Under the pieces are notes generated by a model. The model worked only from the letters and a program-made list of their open reading frames with translations, ran no database searches and was not told the DNA's origin. This document shows, one piece after another, positions 63,040 through 64,000 of a DNA stretch of 64,000 nt; position 1 is the first letter of the stretch, and each line of letters opens with the position of its first letter. The translations under genes were made by a program, and so were the position numbers. Source of the DNA: a phage; the sequence record PZ495249.1. One strand, given 5' to 3'.

Positions 63040-63667
63040 TTATACTGTTAACTCCCATAGTTGCAGTAATACCGAAGCCATTATCATTCGCCAATGCTTT
63101 ACCACCCTCGTTGACCATGATTTTCTCAACGAGTCCTTCTTCAACCCATTCATTCCACCAGGTAGAATATGTTCCTCTTGGTAGCCCAACAAAGTTGATG
63201 AAGCGGTATAGACGGTTAGAAGAATCGACAATTTCGAATGCTTCACAAGTGATCGAAGCGTTATCATCCCCAGATTCAGGATAAATAAATTCTTCGGAAG
63301 GTTGTGTGTTAAATACTGAGGTAACAGTATCTGCACCAACTGTAACAGTGACATTCATAGAGTAATATCTTTCATCACGATCAAAGTAGGACGTGTATGA
63401 ATTGATATTGTCTACGTAAATGTTGTTAGCAATTTCAGCCAGGAAGATTCTGTCCACAACTTCTTTCTTCTTAGCCACACCTACAATTTCTTGGAGATAT
63501 GGTACACCGAATTGAGAATTTAGGAACCACTCTCCACGATATGTTTTAAGAGTGATACCTAAAGTTTGAGCAGCAATTTCCGTCTTCGTTGTCGTTAGTG
63601 TAAGATCCCCGTTCGCAAGAACGAGGTCATTATTACTACCTAACTTTAGATCAAATGGAATACCCAT
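63011..63667 (-). CDS. putative baseplate protein (218 aa)
   Basis: track ORF; GGAG RBS; N-terminal DL.L..NGDL.L....EI.AQTL.I.L.T..GEWF pattern. Confidence 0.55.
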   Translation of the reverse strand: MGIPFDLKLGSNNDLVLANGDLTLTTTKTEIAAQTLGITLKTYRGEWFLNSQFGVPYLQEIVGVAKKKEVVDRIFLAEIANNIYVDNINSYTSYFDRDERYYSMNVTVTVGADTVTSVFNTQPSEEFIYPESGDDNASITCEAFEIVDSSNRLYRFINFVGLPRGTYSTWWNEWVEEGLVEKIMVNEGGKALANDNGFGITATMGVNSINGRSNNNQG

Positions 63668-63669
63668 TA

Positions 63670-64000
63670 TTATTCTCCAGTAGGTGGATCAGATTCACGA
63701 GAACTATTACCGCTCTGAACGTTACGGACTGTGTGGGTGTGGTTATGGAATCCAATACCGTTACCATCAGTCATCTTACCGCTTTCGTCGATAATTAAGC
63801 CGTTAATGTTTACTACGCCACCTTTCCATGTTAACTTACCGCCAGAGATGGTTAATGTTCCTGTACCATCCGTGATAGTTATTCCAGAAGGTGTCATATC
63901 CATTTTCATGCCTTGGCTATTGTAAATGGAAATAGTACCTGTCGGGTCGAATGAGGCGTATGTATTTTTATTGTTTGAGATAACCACTTTATCGGAGTCA
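63670..64000 (-). CDS. baseplate central spike-like protein, 5-prime end outside window
   Basis: reading frame open to window edge (track start is GTG at 63987); C-terminal GIGFHNHTHTV His-rich motif as in gpV-type spike tips. Confidence 0.5.
   Translation of the reverse strand, partial: DSDKVVISNNKNTYASFDPTGTISIYNSQGMKMDMTPSGITITDGTGTLTISGGKLTWKGGVVNINGLIIDESGKMTDGNGIGFHNHTHTVRNVQSGNSSRESDPPTGE

Noticed and set aside
1-64000. Prophage or plasmid origin of the window
   Set aside because: No integrase, recombinase, repressor, attachment-site-like tRNA, partition or conjugation genes were seen, and the layout is that of a virulent phage, so it is treated as a lytic phage genome segment.

Overview
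This 64 kb window reads as one contiguous segment of a large virulent tailed dsDNA phage, with no host genes, no integrase or repressor, and no tRNA or CRISPR that I could recognise. It has three blocks. (1) 1..11.4 kb, leftward: about 30 small early genes, most preceded by a near-consensus sigma70 promoter and several by a conserved GC-rich leader stem-loop, interrupted by a ~1.3 kb non-coding, repeat-rich control region (4.77..6.05 kb). (2) 11.4..47.9 kb, rightward, starting from a back-to-back divergent promoter pair: many small genes, an NAD salvage pair (NadR-like enzyme plus PnuC transporter), a UvrD-like helicase, a nucleotide/ADP-ribose-processing cassette (HAD, phosphoribosyltransferase, macro domain), a Ter-like module (TerC, TelA-like, vWA/TerY-like, TerD), a cell-wall hydrolase, three putative sugar transferases, and a T7-type replisome (primase-helicase, family A polymerase, SSB-like protein carrying the E. 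coli SSB C-terminal tip). (3) 47.9..64 kb, leftward, after a bidirectional terminator: late structural genes for at least four fibre/spike proteins (one collagen-like, one beta-helix), a fibre assembly chaperone and baseplate proteins, the last truncated by the window edge. The most interesting candidate is the phage-borne Ter-like module together with the adjacent metabolite cassette and NAD salvage genes, which I read as a possible counter-defence or host-takeover system. All functions are inferred from motifs read by eye; no database search was run. ORF coordinates come from the supplied track or codon arithmetic on it; promoter, hairpin and repeat coordinates were hand-indexed and may be off by 1-2 nt.
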